64,000 bases of DNA from Octopus sinensis (taxonomy: Eukaryota): contig NC_043000.1 of assembly GCF_006345805.1 (NCBI RefSeq), forward strand, positions 159,712,001-159,776,000, given 5' to 3'. The notes under the pieces were generated by a model, which searched no databases, was not told the origin of the DNA, and saw only the letters and a list, made by a program, of their open reading frames with translations. Numbering within the stretch: the stretch's first letter is position 1; each line of letters opens with the position of its first letter. The position numbers and the translations under genes were made by a program. Shown one piece after another: positions 12,203-25,599 of the stretch.

Positions 12203-12634
12203 CTCTTTTACTCTTTTATTTGTTTCAGTCATTTGACTCCGGCCATGCTGGAGCACCGCCTTGAGTCGAGTAAATCAACTCTAGGACTTATTCTTTGTAA
12301 GCCTAGTACTTATTCTATCGGTCTCTTTGCCGAACCGCTAGGTGACGGGGATGTAAACACACCAACATCGGTTGTCAAGCGATGTTGGGAGACAAACACT
12401 AATACACAAACATATACACACATATACATATATATATATATATTATTTTTATACATATATACGACGGGCTTCTTTCAGTTTCCGTCTACCAAATCCACTC
12501 ACAAGTCTTTGGTCGGCCCGAAACTATAGTAGAAGACACTTGCCCAATGTGCCACGCAGTGGGACTGAACCCGGAACCTAGAACCATGTTGTTGGTAAGC
12601 AAGCTATTTACCACACAGCCACTTCTGCACCTAT
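12203..12634 (-). mobile_element. Family A SINE, full length
   Basis: Colinear with 6295-6700. Confidence 0.92.
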
Positions 12635-13425
12635 ATTACTATAGTATGTGTATATTACAATAAGATTTTGTTTTCTTATCACTGAATCTGCTTTCATAAC
12701 TCGTAGTTCGTTTGCACAGGATATGTTGAACAGAGCAAGGTTACATTCTAAAGTACCAAATAATTTCTTAATAAGAAAAGGGGTCTATACGTAGACTTTT
12801 GTTTGTAATTTATTTCGTTTTCGTAGATATAAACGGTAGGTTTTCATAATTTGAGTTGTTCCTGAGATAACTGCAAATAGTTACGCGATCAACTAGCAAG
12901 TGTGCAAATTAAAAATTTAATTTCAGTTCGTTGGATAACGTTATCTGGGAAAGAGGAGTGCGTGGAATGTAGATAGCGGTGCAGAATTACGCTGTTTCAA
13001 CGAATTACTTTTCCGGGCAAACATCAGTTACGGTACAATGAAATCACTTCGCTATAGTGTTTATGCTAAGTTTTATAACAACTTTTCAGATGTCAGGTTT
13101 GTGTATGCATTAAACCAAAGTGGTGAACATAATAATTAATGTATGCCACAGTCAAAGACTACTTAGTTGAGCACTGTGTCAGCTAAAAGAAGAGAATAAG
13201 AAAATATGAATACCTCTATATGCTATCAAGTGTGCTGAACTTGAATACTGACTATTCAGACGATGATAAAAGTGAAACGTGTTCTGAGGTTTCAACAAGA
13301 ATACATTTGAAGTCTATTATGGAATACAGATTATTCATAAATGTGAACATAATTTTTTTAAGGGATAACGTTACGTTATAGCATGTTTTGTTACCATGAA
13401 GTTCAGATTTTATCGAAATAAGTAA

Positions 13426-13825
13426 TCTTTATATATAAAAGTGAAGTTGTGTGTCTGTCTCCTACGATTTAGATTCCTAACTACTCCCACATTTTGCGGT
13501 GCAGTTTAACCAAGAGCGGGTATCTTATAGTCGTGATTCATATAGAGCCCTTCTGGGTATTAGCGCGCGTCTACGATGAGTCTACGATTCTAAAAAAAAT
13601 TTACCATCATTTTTTCCCATTTTAATGCATCTTTTTCGCTATTATATAAGAGAAGTAACTCTCTAAAAATGTCTACGATGAATCAACGATTAAAAAAAAA
13701 AATTTACCATAATTTTTTTTCCATTTTTAATGCATTTTTTTGCTATTGTTTGGCTATAACTCTCTAAAAATGCTTATATAGTTATTTCCCTTACAAACCC
13801 GAGCAACGCCGGGTGATACTGCTAG
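13426..13825 (+). mobile_element. Non-autonomous Helitron
   Basis: A|TC 5' end, subterminal hairpin CCCGAGCAACGCCGGG, 3' CTAG|T, no TSD or TIR. Confidence 0.88.
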
Positions 13826-13970
13826 TGTAAAATATAACTTTAGTTGTTAGTAATTAATATAGGTTGTTGCATTTGTTCTTTTGCCAAATATGCAGCACAG
13901 GCGCTAAAGAGATAGTTGTTAATTCACTTCTTTATTTTAATTACTGCTACTTTACATTATATGACTTCAG

Positions 13971-14012
13971 TTCCAGCAAAAGTAGTTGAAGAAGTGCATA
14001 AAATAACAGACA
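13971..14012 (+). CDS. Candidate 42-nt internal micro-exon of an unknown host gene
   Basis: atgacttcag|TTCCAGCAAAAGTAGTTGAAGAAGTGCATAAAATAACAGACA|gtgagt; frame-preserving, reads PAKVVEEVHKITD. Confidence 0.25.
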
Positions 14013-14387
14013 GTGAGTAAGTTTGTCATTTATTAAAATAACAAGCAGTAATCTTGAAAATTACAACAATATCCGTTTCAATATATGATTTCAGATCTAA
14101 TGTCTTAGTATATAAACTTATTTATATATATATTTACGATATATTTTTGCTATAAAGCTACATTTATTGACTACAATCAAAGGTAGGTAAGTGCAATGAA
14201 CATTCTTTTGATGATAGAATTAACACTTCGCTGTAATTTCGTAAGATAGAGAAGAATGTAATAATAATCTGGAGGTGCCGCGTCGCAATTTTAAGCTGTA
14301 TTTGTAAGTTTATATGATTTCTTTATTACTTTCCCCATCTTCGTATTCTAACTTATGTGCTGCCTCTCCCTTCCTCTCTTTCCTTTT

Positions 14388-14907
<520 letters not shown>

Positions 14908-14925
14908 TTATTTACTTATATATTA

Positions 14926-15321
14926 CTAGCAGTATCGCCCGGCGTTGCTCGGGTTTGTAAGGGAAATAACTATATAAGCATTTTTAGAGAGTTATAGCCA
15001 AAAAATAGCAAATAATGCATTAAAAATGGAAAAAAAACGATGGTAATTTTTAAAAAAAATTGTTGACTCATCGTAGACATTTTTAGAGAGTTACTTCCCT
15101 TATATAATAGCGAAAAAATGCATTAAAATGGAAAAAAATGATGGTAAATTTTTTTTTAAATCGTAGACTCATCGTAGACGCGCGCTAATACCCAGAAGGG
15201 CTCGATATGAATCACGACTATAAGATACCCGGTTTTGGTTAAACTGCACCGCAAAACGTGGGAGTAGTTAGGAATCTAAATCGTAGGAGACAGACACACA
15301 ACTTTCTTTTATATATAAAGA
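14926..15321 (-). mobile_element. Non-autonomous Helitron, same family as 13426-13825
   Basis: Reverse-complement copy with CTAG end at 14926, hairpin, and TC start at 15321. Confidence 0.88.
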
Positions 15322-15553
15322 TATAAAAAATTCCACGTAAACCCGAAGTTTCTACCTTTAAAAACAAGGAGTTACAACCTCTTTACTTGTGTGATTGCTA
15401 CCCTGGTGACTATCTATTTTTTCCGTGTTAATTGTTAACAAGAGAAAAATACACTCATCTATTTATATATATATATATATATGTACACACGCGCACACGC
15501 ATACACACACATATATGTATATGTATATGTATATATATATGTATACACACACA

Positions 15554-15617
<64 letters not shown>

Positions 15618-16849
15618 ATTGAAAGCCAAGAGGAGAGTGGAGATTTATTCACATCCAAAACATTTTTATTAAAAATGTTTTCCACAACATATATAACAGT
15701 AACCAACATATGTTTCTACTGCAGCAACTGCACATTGTTCTTATGCAATTATGCACCCTTGTCACTGCAATTTCATCAATGGTCCATTACTTATAACGTT
15801 TTCAAAGTGAACTAATTCAACCAAGCTTCCTGCGTTGGTATTCACTTGAAGGTGATGACGTTACTTTTTCAATCGAATTGAATTTTAATGCTATAATCAC
15901 CTGGTTTTACAGTTGAATCATGGTTTTAAAATGTTTATTCATATTCCAATTAATTGTAGTACTTTTGTTTACATTTTATAGTATGGAGTATATTATTTGA
16001 GACGTTTAGTAACAGAGTATCGTAAGCGCCATTCCGACCATTTTCAAGGTTAGTATATCATTTTCTTTGTTTCGGCGTCTAGAATCCCCAAGAAGTTGGG
16101 AGGAAGAACCGGTGAGGCTTGCAATAAGGTCGGAAATCCAGTTGAAAAAAATGTACCTCAACGCTGTTGACGCGACGCTCGCTCACCCAAACTCGGAACA
16201 GAGCGTTTAGTAACACACCATCGTAAGCACACACACTCAATCAACAACTTTGGTGTGGTCCCTGTATCGTTTTTCGAGGTGTCATGGCTCATTTTCTAAT
16301 ACACCTCGTTATCATCGTAACGGTAATGGGCTATTATCTCACTATCTTGTCTTACATTTTAAACATACTTACCTTGGTATATCAAAACAGAGACAGCAAC
16401 TGTATGTTTTTCTAGGTGTTATAGCTTAAACATGCAATGCAATACACGGTTTCGTAGTACCAGTATATTCTACAAAATGAGAAAAGCGCAGTCATTGTTC
16501 CGTCTTTTAGATACATAAATATTTGCTTTGAATGATTAGAGGAAGTCTTCGCTGTCATTTTAAGACCAAAACCAGTTTCCTAACTTCATTCTTTGCCGAG
16601 ATATCGCATTCTGAATGTCGTGAAACTTTGACTACGTTTTTCTCGGGTTTTAAGTTGTGGCGCGTATGACGGTCTATTATTAAACGCCTCGTTTAATTCA
16701 GACGTATTTAACTTATTTTGGGTTTATATCTTCAATTAATATTATTGTTTTTATTATTATAATTATATTTATTTGTATTATTTGCATAAATATCATTAAT
16801 TATCATAATCAATATTTTAAACAGTATAATTACTATAGATGGTAAGTTA

Positions 16850-18040
16850 TGTTTATTCAAATCATTTAAATGCATATTTTGACTAGTGTGGACATCTCAT
16901 AGCTTGTTCCTGTTTAGAGTTTATAAGAGTAAATTTAGAAGTAAAAATTTGGTACATTTCTTCATTACAAGATTCACATCTATTATCGTCTATTCAATAA
17001 GGTTTTTGCCTCACTAATTATTTCCAAGCAAGCGAAAATACTTTGTTACTATCTTCTAGTTCTCGAATTTGTTTACTAAGGTTAGTAGCATCCATTTGTT
17101 CATATTTCTAAATGAATTTAAATGATTAGCAATTAGAGAATTGCTAATATAACACGAGCAAGCTCCTATATTCTCCCTATTCTCTGAGGTAATCTGACAT
17201 CTGTATACGATATTTTTATGTCTACAATTAGAGTTAAGCGAACAGATTCTGTCCCTTGCATAATCACATTTAATAATTCTACTACTTCTATTAATAATAT
17301 CAGCTTCACCTTCGCTAGGTGTGATTTCTATATTCTCCTGTCTATCTTCTAAGCTATTAGTCTTTTGCACATAGATAACATTCTGGGTTCTGCGCTTTTT
17401 AGGATTCACGTTTTCTACTTCCAGGCAAATGGGAGAGTTCATTCGGGTCTCACTTATTTTATTGGTTGTTAAAGCATAGTTCCTATCCTGATGCGTTGTT
17501 ATGTTATTTATGGCTTGTTCGCTCATGTTGACGTTGTTGCTATTTATCGATCTATGATTATCATTCTGGTTACTATCATTGATATTGTTCATATGGAAAC
17601 TGTAAAATCTACTACCGTTCTGTGCTGCTATAATTTGTACTGGATTTTTGCTATTGGAAAAAGCTAGTCTAATTCTATGCTTTTAATATTCTATAGTATT
17701 TACAGTCCTTTGGAAAAGTTTTAGTCAATAAATCAATTTTGGTATAATGGAAATTATTTGTTTTCTGAAGGGAACTATATACCATTCGATATCGCTAAAG
17801 GTATCTATGTTATTGAGGTATGTATTTCTATTTATACCTTAGCTTTTTGTAAAAGTGTGTAACCTATTTAGTTGGTTTTTATTACGGCAATTGGTTTGTT
17901 TGCTAATATATTTAACATTATATTTGTCAGCTATTCGTATAGTACTATTTACCGAACTTATGTATTGGTTACCTCCCCAATTTGAAGTGCACCTCTTAGT
18001 AGGTCCATTCATATCTAAACCACTTTGCACTTTATTTCGC
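16850..18040 (-). mobile_element. Decayed Penelope-like element ORF (RT thumb/linker plus GIY-YIG endonuclease)
   Basis: Frameshifted reading IEWYIVPF...TFPKDCKYYRIL..RIRLAFSNSKN..QIIAAQN, then CSLNSNCRHKNIVYRC...NHLNSFRN..ATNLSKQIREL...W...PY....RCESCNEE...LINSKQE...CPH; matches the motif order of EN+ Penelope-like elements. Confidence 0.8.
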
Positions 18041-19519
18041 ACGAATTCATGTAAATTTGTACTCTTCTTTTTTGTTTCTAGGTACTCTATTATTGTATTC
18101 TAATTGCGCAGACTTCTTATCTTTCACTCTTCCTGCTGCCTGTTCTTTTTGGGTAGTGGTGTTCTTCATATTGTGCATACAATTTTGATTTTTGTCAGAA
18201 TGGTCCAGATATATATATGAAAGTCGGTGTTTATACAGGGGCATACGTATCGGTATGTGTGTGTATTCTATTTGAATGTGCATATATTTGAATGGGTATA
18301 TGCATCTGCTTATGCGTCTATAAAACACACACACACACACACACATACGCGCGCGTATATTATAAATATTAGCGACGGAAGCAGTATTAATACTGAATGG
18401 CAATCTTTAAATCCTACATCAATGTATTCTTAGAACACAGAATGCTACGGTATTCGCCTTGAAAGGTTCTCCCCACCATGGAGACGTGCGTTGCTAAGAA
18501 CACACATATTTCGCTAATAAACAAGAACAGTTAGCTTGGGCGCCAAAACTACAAGATCACTTAATTTCAGTGTACTTAACTTCCTCAGTGACAGACGTCC
18601 GCTCACCGCATGCAAGCCAAATCTCATTACCAATGATACAAGGAATGACAATGATTTTTCAGTCACTGATGTCGCAAGAGAATCTCTCAAGACGAATTCC
18701 GCACGGTGTTCTAGTAATTTATATATATTACTAAAATATATATTACTAATATATAAGTTATCCGGTGTTCTACAAACATAGAAACGTTATTCGACGTTCT
18801 CGAAACATAAACATTAAGTAGGATATATTGTTATCCCTATTAAAACTACTTCAGTCCGTGATATTTATTTCTTAAACCTGATTATTATCTCCGATACCAG
18901 GACTGAAAAGGCATTGTTATTCTATATCAATTTAGTAGTGTGCACACACACGCACACACTGGCACGCACACACACGAACACACAGGCACACACATGTATA
19001 TCGATTAAGGAAACAGAAGATAGAGTTGGTATTGTGTAAGACGATCATTTCGATCGATTGTCGTACACAATAACGACTAATGCCAAACCCACCTACTGTT
19101 TCCATTATCGATTATTATCTCAACACTGAAGTAGATCCAACGGAAATATACTCAGACTCCGGATGACACCAGTTAGCCCAAAGCTTGCTAGTGCTTTACT
19201 GAACACACCAATACATTAATTGACATATACCCATCAGTCCAAAAACTCATGCACGCACACACACACACACACATACACACACACACTCGCACACATACAC
19301 TCACAATACCGTTAGTGAATCATATACACGAAAAAGAAGCACACTCTAAAGCATAAAGCAGTAATGTATTTATATGCAGTTATATGTCCGGTCATAGAGT
19401 GACCAATACTTTCGCATCCATGGAGCTAAGCTCTTCATGGATGCGAAACCATTGATCACTGCATGACCGAGCATATACTTACATACATACATGCATGTTT
19501 TTGTATTTAATTAGGTGAA

Positions 19520-19665
19520 GCCTTGCGAATTATAACCGCCAGTTTAATGTTACTGATTATTTGAATGAAGCTGCCTCCAGTTCCACACGAGTTGTTCAGC
19601 CGTTCCTGGATTTCATCCCACAGGTGTTGAATTGGGTTCAAGTCCGGGATGAGAGCGGTCCACCC
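19520..19665 (-). mobile_element. Tc1-like transposase C-terminal fragment
   Basis: WTALIPDLNPIQHLWDEIQERL resembles the WP..SPDLNPIEHLW motif. Confidence 0.8.
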
Positions 19666-19679
19666 ATGCTTCTGATGTG

Positions 19680-20668
19680 CTGTCTCACGAAGTCCATTGT
19701 GTCCCTGACTGTGTGGTAGGTATCTCTGCTTCCACCTCTGGTTTCTCTGCTTCAACCTCTGATGTAGAGGCTGCCTTGGCTGTTGTTGAGGGTTCGGTAT
19801 CTTTTCCAGGAGGTGCGGGAGCCGAATCTTTCTCGCGAAGAGGCTTGCTATTTGCTCTTATGTGGCATGTAAGCTTCCTTTCCTCGACCATCACTCGAAG
19901 CCTGGTCTCCTCCTCCATCTAGTCTCCACATTTTGGTCTAACTCAGCGGGGGCAGCTTGTATCAACATCTCAAGCATTTGTCCTAAGCAGTTTTGATGCT
20001 CTATTTTGGTTGCCTGGAGGATGGAAATTTTATCCTCCATGTCCACTATAAGTTCCACCACCAACCAGGCAACGTCCACTTCTGGAGGGGTTTCTACTAC
20101 TCTTATCCAGGAAGTGCGTCTTCCAAGATATGTGGGCAGGAAGATCACCACTGTAGATTTCAGGGAGGTCATGGAATGTTGCCTGGCCTTTTCTTCCGTT
20201 TTGAATCTCACCTCTATGGTTGCATATCTCTTGCCCCTGGCCAAGTAGGCGATAACTTGCCATACGGCCTCTTTCGGAGCTATATCCAATTTTTTGCTCT
20301 TTGTAATAAATGATTTGTAAACTACAGTACAACGGGACGCTTTGTGAGTCACTTCACTAGGAGAGGTGACATTTACCTCGTGCTCCTCCCTTTGAATCAG
20401 TCCTTTATATTTGCTTAGTTCATTCTGATCGATATTCAATTCCTTCTTTTTCACGCCAGCTGCTGCTGCAAAATTTGTCACTTTCTTATTTCCTGGTTCG
20501 GTTTCTTGATCTTCAGTAGACATGTTCAATATTGGCTCCGTCGTAGTCGCCGCACCTGAGGAACTATTCAGATAATAATTTTGGGTGCACCCTCGCCCCC
20601 CAAAAAAGAATAATTTCCCCCTTCACACAAGAGGGAAAAGTTCAAAATTCTGCCAAACGCAGTAAAAC
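19680..20668 (-). mobile_element. Tx1/L1-type LINE 5' region with ORF1 remnant
   Basis: 212-aa ORF 19891-20529 (YATIEVRFKTEEKA...LPTYLGRRTSWIRV) continuing in a second frame as RVMVEERKLTCHIRAN, a probable collapsed zinc knuckle, then a P/A/E/T-rich tail; family assignment is inference. Confidence 0.55.
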
Positions 20669-20685
20669 ATATACATACAATCATA

Positions 20686-20870
20686 CATGCACATGTATGT
20701 ATGTATGTATGTATGTATGTATGTATGTATGTATGTATGTATGTATGTATGTATGTATGTATTATGTATGTATGTATGTATGTATGTATTATGTATGTAC
20801 GTACGTAGTATGTATATATGTATGTATGTATGTATGTTTGTATGTATGTATGTTTGTATGAATGTACATA
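20686..20870. repeat. (ATGT)n microsatellite
   Basis: Direct reading. Confidence 0.95.
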
Positions 20871-21224
20871 AAGATGTATCTATCTATAGTTTACTTTTCT
20901 GTTAATGTAAAATCGGTAATATAAGTACTCCATCTAGTGAAAGATAAATATCAGCTAATGTACACAATATACAGTTACAAGCTATAGATATATCTTTACA
21001 TGCAAACATTACATGCGTTCATACATACATACATACATACATACATACATACATACATACGCATATATAGATTCATGCATACATACATACATACCTGAGT
21101 TAGATACATCCCAAAGATGGAACCTTGTATCTTTGTTGCAAACCGGCCCCCTCCACAGTGGAAGATTTATAATAATTAAAAAATAGAAGAGACATACATA
21201 CATGCATATATACTTGTGTCCCCA

Positions 21225-21530
21225 GGCCCTGAGCTCATAGCTTATACAATTTACAAATCAGTACAATAAAACAAGGGGTATTAGGAGAAAAAAGATGCAT
21301 AAAGTGGAAGGCTGAAAAAAAAAAAAAAAGCAGACAATAAAAAATGTCTTTCTTCTCTCCTTTTTCCGTTGGTTTTTTTTTATTTTTACCCTTCCACTTT
21401 TTGCATCCAACCCATTTTCCCTCTTGAATTCTCTTGTTCTAGTCCTGATTTGTAAATTGTATAAGCCACGTACTCAGAGCTCAAGGATTGCTTGATGACA
21501 CCAGGCGTGTTATAGAAGCTTGCCTAGACT
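21225..21530. mobile_element. Old MITE-like foldback element
   Basis: cttatacaatttacaaatcag / ctgatttgtaaattgtataag and gatgcataaagtggaagg / ccttccactttttgcatc; right end resembles the arm at 26363-26436. Confidence 0.55.
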
Positions 21531-21631
21531 CCATTTCTTATTCATGTTACTGTTAGTAGTTTCTAACTTTATGCTGGATATATATATACATACATATACA
21601 CTACTCGCTGGTGCATATATTCTTTTACCTT

Positions 21632-22005
21632 TTACAAGCATCGGATCGTGGTCATGCAGGAGGCACTGACTTATAATATTTAAACGCATCGAACGACTTC
21701 AATACTTGTTTTTAGTTTTGGTACTGATGTTGTCTCTTTCTTGCAGCCGAACTGTTTACGGGGACGTAAACAAACTAGCACCGGTTAGCATGCTACAAGT
21801 AGGTAAGTACGAACACCGGGATGCACACCCAAACATACGCATATATACGACAATTTCCACACCGATTCAGTCTATGAAATCCACTCACAAGTCAGTTGTT
21901 AACCCTTAGCTATAGTAGACGTTGGTGCACCATGATATGACGAAAATCGCAAACCGTTTGGCTGTGAAGCGAAAGTCTTAACCACAGGGAAATGCCTGCG
22001 CCTAT
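21632..22005 (-). mobile_element. Diverged family A SINE
   Basis: gccgaac...acggggacgtaaac and aaatccactcacaag motifs retained. Confidence 0.7.
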
Positions 22006-23241
22006 TTGGCCATGTTCAGGGAAGGATTTATATATGGGCCACTATAGGCCATGCCGCAGTGGCCCAGTGGCATAATGGCTAAGTGGTCCCAAGCATGGGG
22101 TTTGGGCCTCTTGAACTCAAAGAAGCCTGAAGCTTTGAGTTAACAAATTAAAAAAATATGTTCACACCAATCAAATAATTTGTAATTGCTTAATCTAATA
22201 GAGTTCTCTTATAATTATCGTACCCTCTCGATTTGTTGAGACCTTTTATATTTCAAAAGGAAAAAAAAACATTCAATTTTAATGAGTCCTTCTGAATCTA
22301 CCGACAATATCAACAGCAAAAGTAAACCACAGCAACGGTGAATGGTAGGACCACAACCACTACCACCACCACCACCACCACCACCACCACCGACAGCAAC
22401 AACAACAATAGTAACAACAAAATCATCAATGGAAAGCAACAGTAATTATATCCCCGTTTTTTTTCTGTACTCTCTCTCCTAACTGAAATAAATATCTAAT
22501 TTGCATCTTGAGAATATACATTTTTCCATAAATAGCACATAGAACATATTTTCTTGTGTACTTTAGCATACGTATATAGTGAAAATGTCTCGTAGATTTT
22601 CATTAATATCATTTCAAATTGCTTAATGCCAAGAGATATAAATTTGTGAGACCGTACACCTGCCTCACGGCTGTCTTGCGTCGAAGTTAGAAGCTATACA
22701 TCTGCTCCCGAATATATAGACAGTATGCTTCAATAGGCGAATGCATGCAAGCCGGATTTGTGCCATAGTGCCGCGGTTATTTTACAAAGGATAGGTTTAT
22801 TCTCACTTTCTGTTCTCTCTCTCCCCGCTCTCTCTCTTACTTATGATGACACAAGACTAGTTATTAATTATTTTGTATTATTTATGGTGATGGAAGTTAA
22901 CTGGCGTGCCACAAAAAAAAAACACAACAAAAAGCTAAACAAAACAAAGCAAAATTAAAAAAGAACATACGTTAGGTCCGGCGACATATGTTTCAAAATG
23001 CGTTTCTCAACGTGTGTATAATTTCAACATGTATAAGAACCCGGGAATTCTTACATTATGTATAACACCATTTTCAGTGTAACGGATATCCTTTATTATA
23101 TTAAGTAATACGTGCATCAAGATATATTTTCAGTTATTTCTGTCTTCAAAATATATCTTTAACTGTCTTTAATCCTACCAGCCATCTTTATTGCTTTTCA
23201 CTCTCTTACTCAATTTCTTTCTAACATGCGCGCGCACACAC

Positions 23242-23291
<50 letters not shown>

Positions 23292-23721
23292 ACACACACA
23301 TTATGTATGCATATTTTCTGTTGGTTAACCAAGAGGCGATAAATTACAGAATACGATATGTAAAGCATTTTGTAATTCATTATAACTAAAAGGATCATTA
23401 CTTCCTATAATCTGAGTTTCATGTTTCCCTTTTTTCCGTTGGTAATTTAAACCTGTTTCCTCTTGAATTAGCTGCTTCTTCAATGTATTTTGGAACAGTA
23501 TACATAACAATGATTTGTAAATTTATAGTACATACCAGGAGATACATGAACAGATATACAAGTATCTGCTCTGTTCGTCAGAAGAGAACGGCTTCCATAT
23601 TTTATGACAAGAGTGTGCTCACATCACACACGGCGCATCATCGCAGAGAATTGTGTTTCGTCAGCCAGAAGGACCTGCAACTATGAACCGAAAGAAGCCA
23701 CTGCCTTTCTTTTCTTTTTTC

Positions 23722-23933
23722 TTTTTTACTTGTTTCAGTCATTTGACTGCGGCCATGCTGGAGCACCGCCTTTAATCGAGCAACTCGACCCCGGTACTTA
23801 TTCTTTTGTAAGCCCAGTACTTATTCTATCGGACTCTTTTGCCGAACCGCTACGTAACGGGGACATAAACATACCAGCATCAGTTGTCAAGCAATGCTAG
23901 AGGGACAAACACAGACACACAAACACACACGCA

Positions 23934-23973
<40 letters not shown>

Positions 23974-24210
23974 ATAAAACGGTAAGATAACAAAAGAAAG
24001 AAAGAGACCTCAATATTATGTAAATAGAGGAAATTTATCTATACAATATGTTACATTACTCGGTAGTCAAGATAAAACTCTGAGTTTCAGATGCCGAAGT
24101 GGAAATCCACAACACCATCTCTTCGGTTATCTGAAGATGATGTGTGTGTGGATTTCCACTTCGGCATCTGAAACTCAGAGTTTTATCTTGACTACCGAGT
24201 AATGTAACAT

Positions 24211-24308
<98 letters not shown>

Positions 24309-24477
24309 TACGACGGGCTTCTTTCAGTTTCAGTCTACCAAATCCACTCACAAGGCTTTGGTCGGCCCGAGGCTATAGTAAAAGACACTTGCCCAAGGTG
24401 CCACGCATTGGCACTGAACCCGGAACTATGTGGTTGGTAAACAAGCTACTTACCACACAGCCACTCCTGCGCCTATA
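23722..24477 (-). mobile_element. Family A SINE interrupted in its central (TA)n
   Basis: Both halves colinear with family A; foreign insert 23971-24218. Confidence 0.9.
23971..24218. mobile_element. Penelope-like pseudo-LTR foldback carrying two overlapping hammerhead-like copies
   Basis: Perfect 72-bp arms 24040-24111 / 24147-24218; minus strand AGAUAA-CCGAAGA-GAUG..CAUCU-GAAAC-UCAGA-GUU-UUAUCU; plus strand CUGAAGA-UGAUG..CAUCU-GAAAC-UCAGA-GUU. Confidence 0.65.
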
Positions 24478-24719
24478 TTTGTTCATAATTTCAAATAAAA
24501 AACTTTTTTTTTTACCTGTTAAACGATAAAAAAACCGTTATTTACACTGTCTACACGGAGATTTGAAATGATATTTATTATTAATACGTTCAGGCAGATT
24601 TAAACAGAAACATGCCCGTCGGAATTATGTACGCCATAAGAGAGAACGACTCCGGTTGGCGACGAACTTGTTTTCATAACACACTCACTTCACTGGCGCA
24701 AGAGATTATGCGTGTGCGT

Positions 24720-25548
24720 GTGTATGTGTATACATACATACACACATACATACGTACATACATACATACATACATACATTCATACATACATACATACATA
24801 CAGACATACACACATACATACATACATACATACATACATACATACAGACATACACACATACATACATACATACATACATACATACATTCATACATACATA
24901 CATACAGACATACATACATACATACATACATACATACATACATACATACATACATACATACAGACATAAATACATACATACATACATACAGACATACATA
25001 CATACATACATACATACATACATACATTCATACATACATACATACATACAGACATACATACATACATACATACACATACATACATTCATACATACATACA
25101 TACATACATACAGACATAAATACATACATACATACATACAGACATACATACATACATACATACATACATACATACATACAGACATACATACATACATACA
25201 TACATACATACAGACATACACACATACATACATACATTCATACATACATACAGACAGACATAAATACATACATACATACATACATACAGACATACATACA
25301 TACATACATACATACATACAGACATACACACATACATACATACATTCATACATACATACATACAGACATAAATACATACATACATACATACATACAGACA
25401 TACATACATACATACATACAGACAGACATACACACATACATACATACATTCATACATACATACATACATACAGACATAAATACATACATACATACATACA
25501 TACAGACATACATACATACATACATACATACATACATACATACATACA

Positions 25549-25578
<30 letters not shown>
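24720..25578. repeat. (CATA)n array of ~860 bp with higher-order variant structure
   Basis: Direct reading; recurring CAGA, CATT and TAAA variants. Confidence 0.95.
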
Positions 25579-25583
<5 letters not shown>

Positions 25584-25599
25584 TTCTTTTATTCTTTTA

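Noticed and set aside
16098-16145. Hammerhead-like CCGGUGA-GGCUU..AAGGUC-GGAAA
   Set aside because: Two core mismatches, an extra G, no stem I
18555-18592. CUGAGGA-AGU..ACU-GAAA on the minus strand
   Set aside because: No NUH triplet with stem I/III pairing; likely chance
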